A stretch of DNA of 64,000 nt from Candidatus Aminicenantes bacterium (GTDB taxonomy: Bacteria; Acidobacteriota; Aminicenantia; Aminicenantales; Saccharicenantaceae), in assembly GCA_013178315.1 (NCBI GenBank), contig JABLWX010000003.1, forward strand, positions 2,855 to 66,854, given 5' to 3'. Below, piece after piece: positions 38,858 to 47,723 of the stretch. The translations under genes and the position numbers were made by a program. Positions within the stretch are counted from its first letter, which is position 1; each line of letters starts with the position of its first letter. The notes under the pieces were generated by a model. The model was not told the DNA's origin and did not search any database. It saw only the letters and a program-made list of their open reading frames with translations.

Positions 38858-39877
38858 TTATCTTTCCCGCTCAAGAACTGAATTAATGAAGGCACGCAAC
38901 TCGCTTATTTGCTGCATCTCGGGTCCCCACGATCTTAAAATAACTCCCCGGCTGTCGAGCATTACAGTCAATTCATTAAGTTCACTCTCTGAATATCTAG
39001 TTGCCAGCATATCCCATCGAGCTCTTAATTCAGGGGGAGCAAAGAGCACCGGAAATGGGATGTTGGCTTGTGTAACAAGGTTCCTTAAATCCTGGCCATT
39101 CATCCTATCCTTAAGGACCATAAAACAGCTTATATGATCGGGGTACTTATCCAATATTTCTTTAAATAAAGCCAGTATTTGCCCTCCCAGACATGAATCA
39201 CAAAAATTTATGAAAAGAGCGCCAAGGAAATATCTTTTTGTTGAGCCAGCAATGCATTCTATATTCTTGAATTCCAAATCTCCTTTCAAACTATGGCCGG
39301 GAGGCAATAATTCGTGAACCTCGAACTTAATATTTTTTATGTAATGATTGATAAATTTCTTGAGATGGGTTTCATATCTGTTGCCAATGAGACCCCTATA
39401 AAGGAGATTCCCCTTGTTGGAAAAGATATAAAAAGAACTTTGATACTGGGGAGCCCCAAATTTTCTTATAATTTTATCATAGGGGCCTGCTAAGAAGTAC
39501 AGGGCTGAAGCGAATTTCTGGGCGAGCACGGTTTCGATCTTATCTGCGGATACGACGACAGCGACTTTCAGGTCATTAAGATCATTTAAGACCTTTTCCA
39601 AGATACCCATATTGCTTTCCACATCGGGATCTAAAAATAATATAAGAATGGGCCTGTCCCTAAAGTCTCTTTTCAATGAATACGTCCGACCAGAGATGTC
39701 GCTCACTCGAAGGCCGGGCAGCTTTGTGGGGAGTATCTTGTCCTTTGAGGTTCCAGTAGACTCAGGTTTACAGGTAAATAGGGATAAAGAGAGAATGGTT
39801 ATAAATAAAAACAGCCACCCTCTTGAGCCCATATTTGGGAACCCTTTTAATTTTCTCTTAGCACTTTTTTTTTTCAT
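38858..39877 (-). CDS. Lipoprotein with tandem thioredoxin-fold (TlpA/redoxin-like) domains
   Basis: Start at MKKKSAK.. with lipobox LSLFTC. The first redoxin-like domain has no CxxC (ILILFLDPDVESN). The second retains FINFCDSCLGG (CxxC). Confidence 0.45.
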   Translation of the reverse strand: MKKKSAKRKLKGFPNMGSRGWLFLFITILSLSLFTCKPESTGTSKDKILPTKLPGLRVSDISGRTYSLKRDFRDRPILILFLDPDVESNMGILEKVLNDLNDLKVAVVVSADKIETVLAQKFASALYFLAGPYDKIIRKFGAPQYQSSFYIFSNKGNLLYRGLIGNRYETHLKKFINHYIKNIKFEVHELLPPGHSLKGDLEFKNIECIAGSTKRYFLGALFINFCDSCLGGQILALFKEILDKYPDHISCFMVLKDRMNGQDLRNLVTQANIPFPVLFAPPELRARWDMLATRYSESELNELTVMLDSRGVILRSWGPEMQQISELRAFINSVLERER

Positions 39878-40070
39878 GTCAAGCCCATGTGCCCGGCTCA
39901 AGGCAAAGGATAGGTTTCCGGCTAACGGAATGGGCTTATAAGTTTGTCCGGCCAGCCTCATTACTATACTATCCTGAAACTGGAAAGATGACATTCATCT
40001 GGCCAGGGTTGGCCTGGCCTTAAAGGTTGAAAAACCGGCGGTTCTGTTATATAAAATCATCTCAGGAGGA

Positions 40071-40289
40071 ATGATGGAAAAAGAGTTTACCCCGGTCTCC
40101 ATACCAACCTCTCTCTATAAAAAAATAGAAGAAAAGATCAAGGGAACCGAATTCAGCTCGGTCTCCAGCTACGTGACCAAGGTGCTCAGGGAAAGCCTTT
40201 CGAAGAACGAGGAAAACAAGGAAGTTTTCAGCGCCGAGGAAGAGGAAAAGATCAAGGAAAGGCTAAAAGCCCTGGGTTACATCGATTGA
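40071..40289 (+). CDS. Small ribbon-helix-helix (CopG-like) protein
   Basis: 72 aa. PVSIPTSLYKKIEEKI.. is a beta-strand plus two-helix pattern typical of RHH regulators, with an acidic tail. It lies 44 bp upstream of sat. Confidence 0.45.
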   Translation: MMEKEFTPVSIPTSLYKKIEEKIKGTEFSSVSSYVTKVLRESLSKNEENKEVFSAEEEEKIKERLKALGYID

Positions 40290-40332
40290 CAGGCTGAATG
40301 GTTCTCTTATCCCCGACCCAAAGGAGTACCCG

Positions 40333-41481
40333 ATGATACCACCGCATGGCGGCCAACTGGTAAATCGCCTGGCCGAACCTGGCCGAAAGGCTGAAATCCT
40401 GTCCAGGTCGGACGAGCTGGTTTCAATAGTTATCGACCCCGACCTGGTCTCTGACCTGGAAAACATTGCTACCGGGGTCTATTCACCGCTGACCGGGTTC
40501 CTGAACCGGGCTGATTTCCGCAGCGTCCTCAACCAGATGAGGCTATCTAACGACCTGCCCTGGACCATTCCGATAGTCATCGATGTGGACAGGGAACTGG
40601 CCGGCAAAATCAAGCCGGGCCAGGAGGTCCTGCTGAAGACAGAAGAAATGAAGCCGGTCGGGGTGCTGATGGTTGAAGACAGGTATGAATACGACCGGGA
40701 GGAATTCAGCCAGAAGGTCTACGGCACCACCGATCCCAGGCATCCTGGCGTTGGCCGGGTCCTGGCCATGAAGGAAGTTCTCCTGGGAGGACCGGTGGAA
40801 TTGCTGGAACTGGAGCCAACTCCCTATGACCGTTACCGGCTGTCCCCGAAGGAAACCAGGATTCTGTTCAGGGAAAAAGGCTGGAAGACGGTGGTCGGCT
40901 TTCAGACCCGCAATACCCCGCACCTCGGCCATGAATACGTGCAGAAGGCGGCCCTGACCTTTACCGACGGGTTGTTCATCAACCCGGTCATCGGCCGGAA
41001 GAAAAAGGGTGATTTCCGGGACGAGGTGATACTGGCATCCTACGAGGAGCTCATCAGGCATTATTACCTCAGGGAGCGAGCGGTCATGGCTATACTGAAG
41101 ATGGAGATGCGCTATGCCGGGCCGCGGGAAGCCATCCATCATGCCATCATCAGGAAGAACTTCGGTTGCACCCACATCATCATCGGCCGTGACCATGCCG
41201 GGGTAGGGAATTATTACCATCCCTATGCTGCCCAGGAAATCTTTGAGGAGTTTCCGGACCTGGGCATAGTACCGCTCTTTTTCAAGTCATTCTTCTTCTG
41301 CAAGAAATGCGGTTCCATCGAAAATGAAAAGACCTGTCCTCACGATTCTTCGTCCCATATCCAGTTTTCCGGGACGAGAATCCGGGACCTGCTGGTCAAG
41401 GGCGAAATCCCGCCGCCGGAACTGATGCGGCCGGAAGTGGCCAGAATCATCCTGTCTTTTGACAACCCGTTTAATGATTAG
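40333..41481 (+). CDS. sat: Sulfate adenylyltransferase (ATP sulfurylase)
   Basis: GFQTRNTPHLGHEYV and IIGRDHAGVG motifs. Confidence 0.9.
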   Translation: MIPPHGGQLVNRLAEPGRKAEILSRSDELVSIVIDPDLVSDLENIATGVYSPLTGFLNRADFRSVLNQMRLSNDLPWTIPIVIDVDRELAGKIKPGQEVLLKTEEMKPVGVLMVEDRYEYDREEFSQKVYGTTDPRHPGVGRVLAMKEVLLGGPVELLELEPTPYDRYRLSPKETRILFREKGWKTVVGFQTRNTPHLGHEYVQKAALTFTDGLFINPVIGRKKKGDFRDEVILASYEELIRHYYLRERAVMAILKMEMRYAGPREAIHHAIIRKNFGCTHIIIGRDHAGVGNYYHPYAAQEIFEEFPDLGIVPLFFKSFFFCKKCGSIENEKTCPHDSSSHIQFSGTRIRDLLVKGEIPPPELMRPEVARIILSFDNPFND

Positions 41482-41520
41482 AGCCGGGAGAGACTTCAAA
41501 CAGAAAGGTGAATTTGCCTC

Positions 41521-42891
41521 ATGAAAAAGCGACTTCTGGTGATAGGTCTTGATTGCGCGGCCCCGGCCCTGGTTTTCGACCGGGTGGCCGAGCTCCCCAA
41601 CCTGAAAAAACTCATGGATGCTGGTATACATGGAAAACTCAGAAGCTGCGACCCGCCCATCACCATCCCGGCCTGGATGGTCATGGCCACCGGGCGGGAC
41701 CCCGGGCAGCTCGGGCTCTATGGCTTCAGGCACCGCCGTGGCTATGAATACAACAAGATGTGGATTGCCAACTCCACCGCGGTTAAAGAAAAAACTGTCT
41801 GGGATTACCTCGGGGAGCAGGGCCGGGAGAGCGTGCTGGTGAGCGTCCCGCCCAGTTATCCGCCCAAGCCGGTCCGGGGAAAGCTGATTTCCTGCTTTAT
41901 CACTCCTTCCAGCGAACAGGCCTATACCTACCCGGCTGAGCTCCGCCAGGAAATTGAGGAGCGGTTCGGGCCATTCAGGTTTGACGTCACTTTCAGAACG
42001 GAAGACCGGTCCCAGGTGCTGTCAGAAATCTACCAGATGACCGAAAATCATTTTGAGGTGATAGGTTATCTTCTCCAGGATAAAAACTGGTCGCTGTTCT
42101 GGTTTGTGGAAATTGGCGTCGACCGGGTCCACCATGCCTTCTGGAAGTTCATGGACCGGGACCATCATCTCTACGAACCCGGTAATCCCTACGAAACGGT
42201 CATACCCGATTACTACCGTTTCCTGGATGAGAAAATCGGACAGCTGCTGGAGAAAGTTGATGACCGGACGGCGGTGCTGGTGGTCTCCGACCACGGGGCC
42301 AAGAGAATGAAGGGCGCCTTCTGCGTCAACGACTGGCTGATTGAACAGGGCGACCTGGTGGTCACCGAGCCGCCGCAGCGCGGGGAGAGCGTGGACAAAC
42401 TGAAGATCGACTGGACCAGGACCAGGGCCTGGGGCTGGGGCGGTTATTACGCCAGAATTTTCCTCAACGTGGAGGGACGAGAGCCCCAGGGAATAATAAG
42501 GCCGGAAGATTATGAAGCGGCCCGGGACGAGCTGGCCGAAAGGCTCCGGGCCATTCGTGGTCCCCGGGGTGAAGAATGGAAAACCGTGGTCATCAAGCCC
42601 CAGGAACATTACCCGGAGCTGAACGGAGAATATCCAGACCTGATGGTCTATTTTGACGACCTCTACTGGCGCTCGGCCGGGACCCTAGGTTACGGCACCA
42701 TGTACCTTGAGGAGAACGACACCGGGCCCGATGATGCCGTTCATGATTACGAGGGCATATACATACTCTATGACCCGAAGAAAAAAGGCGGCCGGGAACA
42801 AGACGCCAACATCCTGGATATAGCCCCGACCATTCTCAGGTTGCTTGAAGGCCCTGAGGTCCCCGGGCTCAGGGGAAAAGTGATAGAATGA
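41521..42891 (+). CDS. Alkaline-phosphatase-superfamily protein, nucleotide pyrophosphatase/phosphodiesterase (NPP)-type
   Basis: IGLDCA...DPPITIPAWMVMATG (metal-binding Asp plus Thr nucleophile context), later VVSDHG. No signal peptide is apparent. Confidence 0.65.
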   Translation: MKKRLLVIGLDCAAPALVFDRVAELPNLKKLMDAGIHGKLRSCDPPITIPAWMVMATGRDPGQLGLYGFRHRRGYEYNKMWIANSTAVKEKTVWDYLGEQGRESVLVSVPPSYPPKPVRGKLISCFITPSSEQAYTYPAELRQEIEERFGPFRFDVTFRTEDRSQVLSEIYQMTENHFEVIGYLLQDKNWSLFWFVEIGVDRVHHAFWKFMDRDHHLYEPGNPYETVIPDYYRFLDEKIGQLLEKVDDRTAVLVVSDHGAKRMKGAFCVNDWLIEQGDLVVTEPPQRGESVDKLKIDWTRTRAWGWGGYYARIFLNVEGREPQGIIRPEDYEAARDELAERLRAIRGPRGEEWKTVVIKPQEHYPELNGEYPDLMVYFDDLYWRSAGTLGYGTMYLEENDTGPDDAVHDYEGIYILYDPKKKGGREQDANILDIAPTILRLLEGPEVPGLRGKVIE

Positions 42892-42964
42892 TAGCCAGGC
42901 CCTAACCGGCCTTAAACCAGGATTCCTGGTGAATTTATACAAAGTAATAATAAGGAGTTCATAG

Positions 42965-43516
42965 ATGTGTCAGGAACAGAAAGGATTTACCCTGTGGTTT
43001 ACCGGGTTGCCCTGCTCCGGAAAATCGGCTGTGGCCGACCGGGTGGCCGAGATTCTTCGTGCCCATAACCTGAAGGTGGAAAGGCTGGACGGTGACGTGG
43101 TCCGCAAGAGCCTGTGCCGCGACCTGGGCTTTTCCAAGAAGGACCGTGACGAAAACATCCGCCGGGTGGCCTTCGTGGCCAAGCTGTTGACCAGGAACGG
43201 GGTGGCCGTTCTGACTTCATTTATTTCTCCCTACCGCGAGATCAGGGATGAAGCCCGGAGGGAGATAGGGGAATTTATCGAGGTCTATGTCAAGTGTCCG
43301 CTCGAGGTCTGCATGAGCCGGGATGTTAAGGGAATGTACCAGAAAGCCATCCGCGGCGAGATCAAGGAATTTACCGGCATCTCCGACCCCTACGAGGAGC
43401 CGGTCAACCCCGAGCTGGTGCTGGAAACCGACCGGGAGACACTGGACGAGAGTGCCCGGAAGGTCCTGGATTACCTGAAGAAATCTGGTTATCTTGATGA
43501 CCATGTTCATCTGTGA
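42965..43516 (+). CDS. cysC: Adenylyl-sulfate (APS) kinase
   Basis: GFTLWFTGLPCSGKS P-loop, LDGDVVR, and FISPY motifs. Confidence 0.9.
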   Translation: MCQEQKGFTLWFTGLPCSGKSAVADRVAEILRAHNLKVERLDGDVVRKSLCRDLGFSKKDRDENIRRVAFVAKLLTRNGVAVLTSFISPYREIRDEARREIGEFIEVYVKCPLEVCMSRDVKGMYQKAIRGEIKEFTGISDPYEEPVNPELVLETDRETLDESARKVLDYLKKSGYLDDHVHL

Positions 43517-43525
43517 GGCAGCCTG

Positions 43526-44473
43526 ATGCTCAAGTACAGTCGCTACCTGGTGACCGGTGGAGCCGGTTTTATCGGCTCCCACCTGGTGGAAAGACTGGCC
43601 AGCCTGGGCTGCCAGGTCCGGGTGCTGGATGATTTTTCTACTGGCAAAGAGGAAAACCTTTCTCACCTGGCCGGCCGGGTGGAAATCATCCGCGGCGACA
43701 TCAGGGATAGAGAGCTCTGCCAGAAGGCCGCCGAAGGCATGGAAGTGGTCCTGCACCAGGCTGCCCTGGCCTCGGTGCCCAGGTCAGTTTCAGAACCGCT
43801 CCTGGCCCATGAAATCAACCTGACTGGAACCCTGAACTTGCTGCTGGCGGCCGCGGAACAAGGAATCCGCAGCTTTGTTTTTGCCTCTTCTTCGGCCGTC
43901 TACGGCGACGACCAGACCTTTCCCAAGAAGGAAGGCCTGGAAGGGAAAGCCCTGTCGCCCTACGGTGCCCAGAAACTGGCCTCCGAGAAATACTGCCAGG
44001 TTTTCAGCCAGCTCTACAACTTCAATGCCGTCAGCCTGCGTTACTTCAACGTCTTCGGGCCCAGGCAGGACCCTGGTTCCCAGTATGCCGCGGTTGTTCC
44101 AATCTTCATCACCAGGATGCTGCGGGGCCAGCCGCCGATAATCTATGGCGACGGCCACCAGAGTCGCGATTTTATCTACGTGGAGAACGTGGTCCAGGCC
44201 AATTTGCTGGCGGCCAATGCTACCGATTTCCGCGGCGAGGTCTTTAATATAGGAACGGCTTCCAGAATTACGGTTAAGGAACTGGCTGCAATTCTGAATT
44301 CGTTGCTCGGGGTCAAGATGTCGCCGGTCTATGCTGACCCCCGCCCCGGGGACATCATGGAATCATATGCCGATATCAGCCGGGCCGAGCATCACCTCGG
44401 TTTCAGGCCAGAAGTTGATTTTGAAAAGGGATTGAAGCTGACCATAGACTGGTATAAATCCAGGATGGGCTGA
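43526..44473 (+). CDS. NAD-dependent nucleotide-sugar epimerase/dehydratase (UDP-hexose/HexNAc 4-epimerase-like SDR)
   Basis: GGAGFIGSH Rossmann motif, SSSAVYG, and the YGAQK catalytic YxxxK. Confidence 0.8.
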   Translation: MLKYSRYLVTGGAGFIGSHLVERLASLGCQVRVLDDFSTGKEENLSHLAGRVEIIRGDIRDRELCQKAAEGMEVVLHQAALASVPRSVSEPLLAHEINLTGTLNLLLAAAEQGIRSFVFASSSAVYGDDQTFPKKEGLEGKALSPYGAQKLASEKYCQVFSQLYNFNAVSLRYFNVFGPRQDPGSQYAAVVPIFITRMLRGQPPIIYGDGHQSRDFIYVENVVQANLLAANATDFRGEVFNIGTASRITVKELAAILNSLLGVKMSPVYADPRPGDIMESYADISRAEHHLGFRPEVDFEKGLKLTIDWYKSRMG

Positions 44474-44478
44474 GGTTG

Positions 44479-45465
44479 TCAGCAAATCCTTGGCAGGAGT
44501 TCCGAGGTCAGGGGTTCCAGGAGCCTCAAACCCCCGCTTGATGTCCGGAGCAGGGCTTCACCTTTCCGCCCGATTTTATCCTGGACTTCTCCGATGATGG
44601 CTGCCTCGCGGGAAGCTGCCTGCTTTTTAAGGACATTCAGTACCCGTTTGGCTTCGGATTCTTTAACCACCACGAGGGCCCGCCCCTCGCAGGCCAGGTA
44701 GAGCGGGTCAATCCCGAGGATTTCCACCGCCCCGCGAAGGGCCCGGGAAAAAGGAATGCTTTCTTCTTCGACCAGCAGGGGATAGCCGACCTTATCAGCC
44801 AGTTCGGACAGCACCGTGGCCAGGCCTCCCCGGGTGATATCCCGCATCCAGAGTACGCCTTTTTTCCAGAGGGGAAGGAGAAAAAGTAGCGGCCCGCAAT
44901 CGCTCCTGACCCGCGAAGATAGCCTGAAATTATTCCTGGCCAGCATGATGGCCAGGCCATGTTCGCCGACTGGTCCGGTCACCAGTATCTTGTCTCCCGG
45001 CCTGACCTTCTCAGGTTCCGGGCATCCCACCAGGTGTCCGACCCCGGCGGTGTTGATATAAATCCTGTCAGCCTGGCCGCGGGGGACCACCTTGGTATCG
45101 CCGGTGACGATACTCACCCGGTTCCTGGAAGCAGTCTTCCGAATGGAAAGCAGGATTTTTTCCAGGGTGGCCAGTTCCAGGCCCTCTTCTATGATCAGGG
45201 CCAGGGACAGGTATTCGGGCCTGGCACCGGACACCACCAGGTCATTAACCGTTCCGTTGACGCACAGCGTCCCGATATCGCCTCCCGGAAAGAAGATCGG
45301 GTCGACCGTGTAGGAATCAGTGGTCAGGGCCAGGCCGCCCGGCAGAAGGGCCGAATCATGAAGAGCTTTAAGGTACCGGTTCTTGAATACAGGCAGCAGC
45401 CTTTCTTTGATAAATTCCTGCATCAAGCGACCGCCGCTGCCCATTTCCAGGCTGACCTGTTTCAT
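44479..45465 (-). CDS. hypE: [NiFe]-hydrogenase maturation protein HypE
   Basis: AIR-synthase-like fold and a C-terminal ...LPRIC motif. Confidence 0.9.
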   Translation of the reverse strand: MKQVSLEMGSGGRLMQEFIKERLLPVFKNRYLKALHDSALLPGGLALTTDSYTVDPIFFPGGDIGTLCVNGTVNDLVVSGARPEYLSLALIIEEGLELATLEKILLSIRKTASRNRVSIVTGDTKVVPRGQADRIYINTAGVGHLVGCPEPEKVRPGDKILVTGPVGEHGLAIMLARNNFRLSSRVRSDCGPLLFLLPLWKKGVLWMRDITRGGLATVLSELADKVGYPLLVEEESIPFSRALRGAVEILGIDPLYLACEGRALVVVKESEAKRVLNVLKKQAASREAAIIGEVQDKIGRKGEALLRTSSGGLRLLEPLTSELLPRIC

Positions 45466-46601
45466 TGCTTTCTGCCTCCGGATGAATATTTATATTCGAT
45501 CAGGCAGGCGCCTTCGTAAGACACCATGCATGGACCCCGGGGATGGTCGGGATCGCAGGACCGGCCAAAGAGCGGGCAATCAACCGGCTCGATCAGGCCC
45601 TTCAAGACTTCCCCACACCGGCAGCCCAGCTTGAGAGGCTTAGCCGGTTGAAGGTGCAGGTCAAATTTCCTGACCGCATCCAGTTCCTGGAAGCGTGGTC
45701 TAAGGCGCAGGCCGCTTATCTTAATACGGCCCAGGCCGCGCCAGTCAGCCTCGTAAGGCTCCAGCATTTCTTCCATCAGGGCCAGGGCCCTGGGGTTACC
45801 CTCGGCCTGGACCACCCGGCGGTATTCGTTGGCCACTTCAGGGCGTCCCAGCCGGATTTGCCTGGCTACGGACAGAATGCCCAGGAGCACGTCGGCCGGC
45901 TCAAAGCCGGCTATGGCTCCCGGCACCCCGAATTTTTCGGCCACGAAGCGGTAGGCCTGCTGGCCGATGATGACGCTGACATGCCCCGGGTAGATAAAAC
46001 CGTCTATGGCCACTTCGCCCGATTCCAGGATGGCCTGGAGGGCCGGGGGAATCAACCACAGGGCGGCCAGCAGGGAGAAATTCTTAAGGTTCTCAGCGGC
46101 AGCCCGTTTGACGGTGAAGGCGATGGCCGGAATGGTGGTTTCGAACCCGGCTCCAAAGAAAATGACTTCCTTTTCCAGGTTTTTGACGGCCAGCTCCAGC
46201 GCCTCTTCCGGCGAATAGACAATTCTTATTTCCGAGCCCGGCGCGGGAACCGTGGTCTGCAGGGACCCGCGGGCCGTGGGCACCCTGGTCATGTCGCCGA
46301 AGGTGGCCACCAGGATGTTCTTCCTGGAAGTGACCAGGTCGATTATGGCTTCGTGGTAGTAATCTGGAGTTATGCAGACCGGGCAGCCCGGCCCGGAGAC
46401 CATCACCACTCCGGCTTCCCGCAGCAGGGGTTTCAGGCCCGAACGGTGCAGGGTCATGGTATGGGTGCCACAAACTTCCATGATTCTCAATGGACGGCCT
46501 ATGGTCCCGGTTTCAATGGATATGGCTTTAAGCAGGTTCCTGATGGTGGGAGCCGAGCGCCAGCCAGATAATAATTCCCGGGAAGGTTTTCTACGGGCCA
46601 T
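45462..46601 (-). CDS. hypD: [NiFe]-hydrogenase maturation protein HypD
   Basis: EVCGTHT, GPGCPVC, GFETT, and a C-terminal Cys-rich motif. It overlaps hypE by 4 nt. Confidence 0.9.
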   Translation of the reverse strand: MARRKPSRELLSGWRSAPTIRNLLKAISIETGTIGRPLRIMEVCGTHTMTLHRSGLKPLLREAGVVMVSGPGCPVCITPDYYHEAIIDLVTSRKNILVATFGDMTRVPTARGSLQTTVPAPGSEIRIVYSPEEALELAVKNLEKEVIFFGAGFETTIPAIAFTVKRAAAENLKNFSLLAALWLIPPALQAILESGEVAIDGFIYPGHVSVIIGQQAYRFVAEKFGVPGAIAGFEPADVLLGILSVARQIRLGRPEVANEYRRVVQAEGNPRALALMEEMLEPYEADWRGLGRIKISGLRLRPRFQELDAVRKFDLHLQPAKPLKLGCRCGEVLKGLIEPVDCPLFGRSCDPDHPRGPCMVSYEGACLIEYKYSSGGRKQ

Positions 46602-46604
46602 GGC

Positions 46605-46835
46605 TCAGTCGGCCGGGCTGATTTTTTCCAGCTCTTTGAAAAGTTTCAGGGTGCGGCGGGCTTCCTTCTGGTCAAGCCTGGAAATGGCAAAACCGGCATG
46701 CACAATTACCCAGTCGCCCACCTTGACCTCGGGGAGGAGGGAGAGGTTGGCCAGTACGGTCGTTCCCAGGTAATCAACTTTACCGGTACCATTGCCTTCC
46801 AGGCTGACCACTTTTCCGGGCACGGCCAGACACAT
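46605..46835 (-). CDS. hypC: [NiFe]-hydrogenase maturation chaperone HypC
   Basis: Begins MCLAVPGKV (essential Cys2) with GGAGGA 5 nt upstream. The listed longer ORF to 46907 is rejected. Confidence 0.85.
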   Translation of the reverse strand: MCLAVPGKVVSLEGNGTGKVDYLGTTVLANLSLLPEVKVGDWVIVHAGFAISRLDQKEARRTLKLFKELEKISPAD

Positions 46836-46900
46836 CTTTTCCTCCAGCCTGTAAGATACCAGAAAGGGCATACTCTGTCCATGCCCGTCCGGTCGCCTTT

Positions 46901-46929
46901 TTGACAATTCAACAGGCCCTCCTTATAAT
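46901..46929 (+). promoter_or_regulatory. Consensus sigma-70 promoter of uppS (TTGACA-17-TATAAT)
   Basis: TTGACA (46901-46906), 17-nt spacer, TATAAT (46924-46929). The first in-frame ATG (46937) is 7-8 nt downstream, which implies a leaderless or near-leaderless mRNA. Confidence 0.6.
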
Positions 46930-46936
46930 GTTTTTC

Positions 46937-47722
46937 ATGTTTGATACCCTGGAAGGCTACATAAAGCCTGGAACCGTTGAAGCAGAGCTGGTTAAACAGA
47001 TAGATTTTACCCGGCTGCCGGTTCACGTGGCCATAATTATGGATGGAAACGGCCGCTGGGCCCGCCAGAGAAACCTGCCCAGGACCGAGGGCCATAAAGC
47101 CGGCAGTGAATCGGTGAAAGAAGCGGTGGAAGCGGCTGCCCGCCTGGGAATTAAGTACCTGACTCTCTACGCCTTTTCTCGCGAAAACTGGAAAAGGCCG
47201 GAGGATGAGGTCAATACTCTATGGGGTTTGCTCAGAAAATACCTGGCTGAAGAAAGCCGGGTTCTCCTGGAAAATGACCTGAGGCTCAAAGTAATCGGGG
47301 AAAGAAATGGCATTCCTTACCTGGTCAGACGGGAGCTGGCCCGGGTGGAAAGGCAGACCAGGAATAACCGCCGGATGACGGTGGTGCTGGCCTTAAATTA
47401 TGGCGGCCGCCAGGAAATAATCAAGGCCATCAAGAAGATGGTTCGCAGAAAGAGCCGCCTGGAAGAAATCGACGAGAATTCGTTCGCCCGTTACCTGGAC
47501 ACCGCCGGAATACCAGACCCGGACCTGCTGATCAGGACCAGCGGGGAAATGCGACTGAGCAATTTTCTCCTCTGGCAGTCGGCCTACACCGAACTGTGGG
47601 TGACCCCGGTTCTCTGGCCTGATTTCCGGAAAAAGGACCTGCTGCAGGCGGTCGTGGATTACCAGAAAAGAGAGAGGAGATTCGGCGGGGTGGAACCGGT
47701 TCAGAAGAAAGGCAGGACTTAG
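46937..47722 (+). CDS. uppS: Undecaprenyl-diphosphate synthase (isoprenyl transferase)
   Basis: HVAIIMDGNGRWA, the RTEGH context, and ELWVTPVLWPDF. The listed TTG start at 46901 is the -35 box, so I place the start at ATG 46937. Confidence 0.85.
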   Translation: MFDTLEGYIKPGTVEAELVKQIDFTRLPVHVAIIMDGNGRWARQRNLPRTEGHKAGSESVKEAVEAAARLGIKYLTLYAFSRENWKRPEDEVNTLWGLLRKYLAEESRVLLENDLRLKVIGERNGIPYLVRRELARVERQTRNNRRMTVVLALNYGGRQEIIKAIKKMVRRKSRLEEIDENSFARYLDTAGIPDPDLLIRTSGEMRLSNFLLWQSAYTELWVTPVLWPDFRKKDLLQAVVDYQKRERRFGGVEPVQKKGRT

Positions 47723-47723
47723 C

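Noticed and set aside
46836-46907. 24-codon N-terminal extension of hypC, and the TTG 46901 start of uppS
   Set aside because: HypC must begin MC(L/I)A.PG, and that ATG has a good RBS. The uppS TTG is the -35 hexamer of a consensus promoter.
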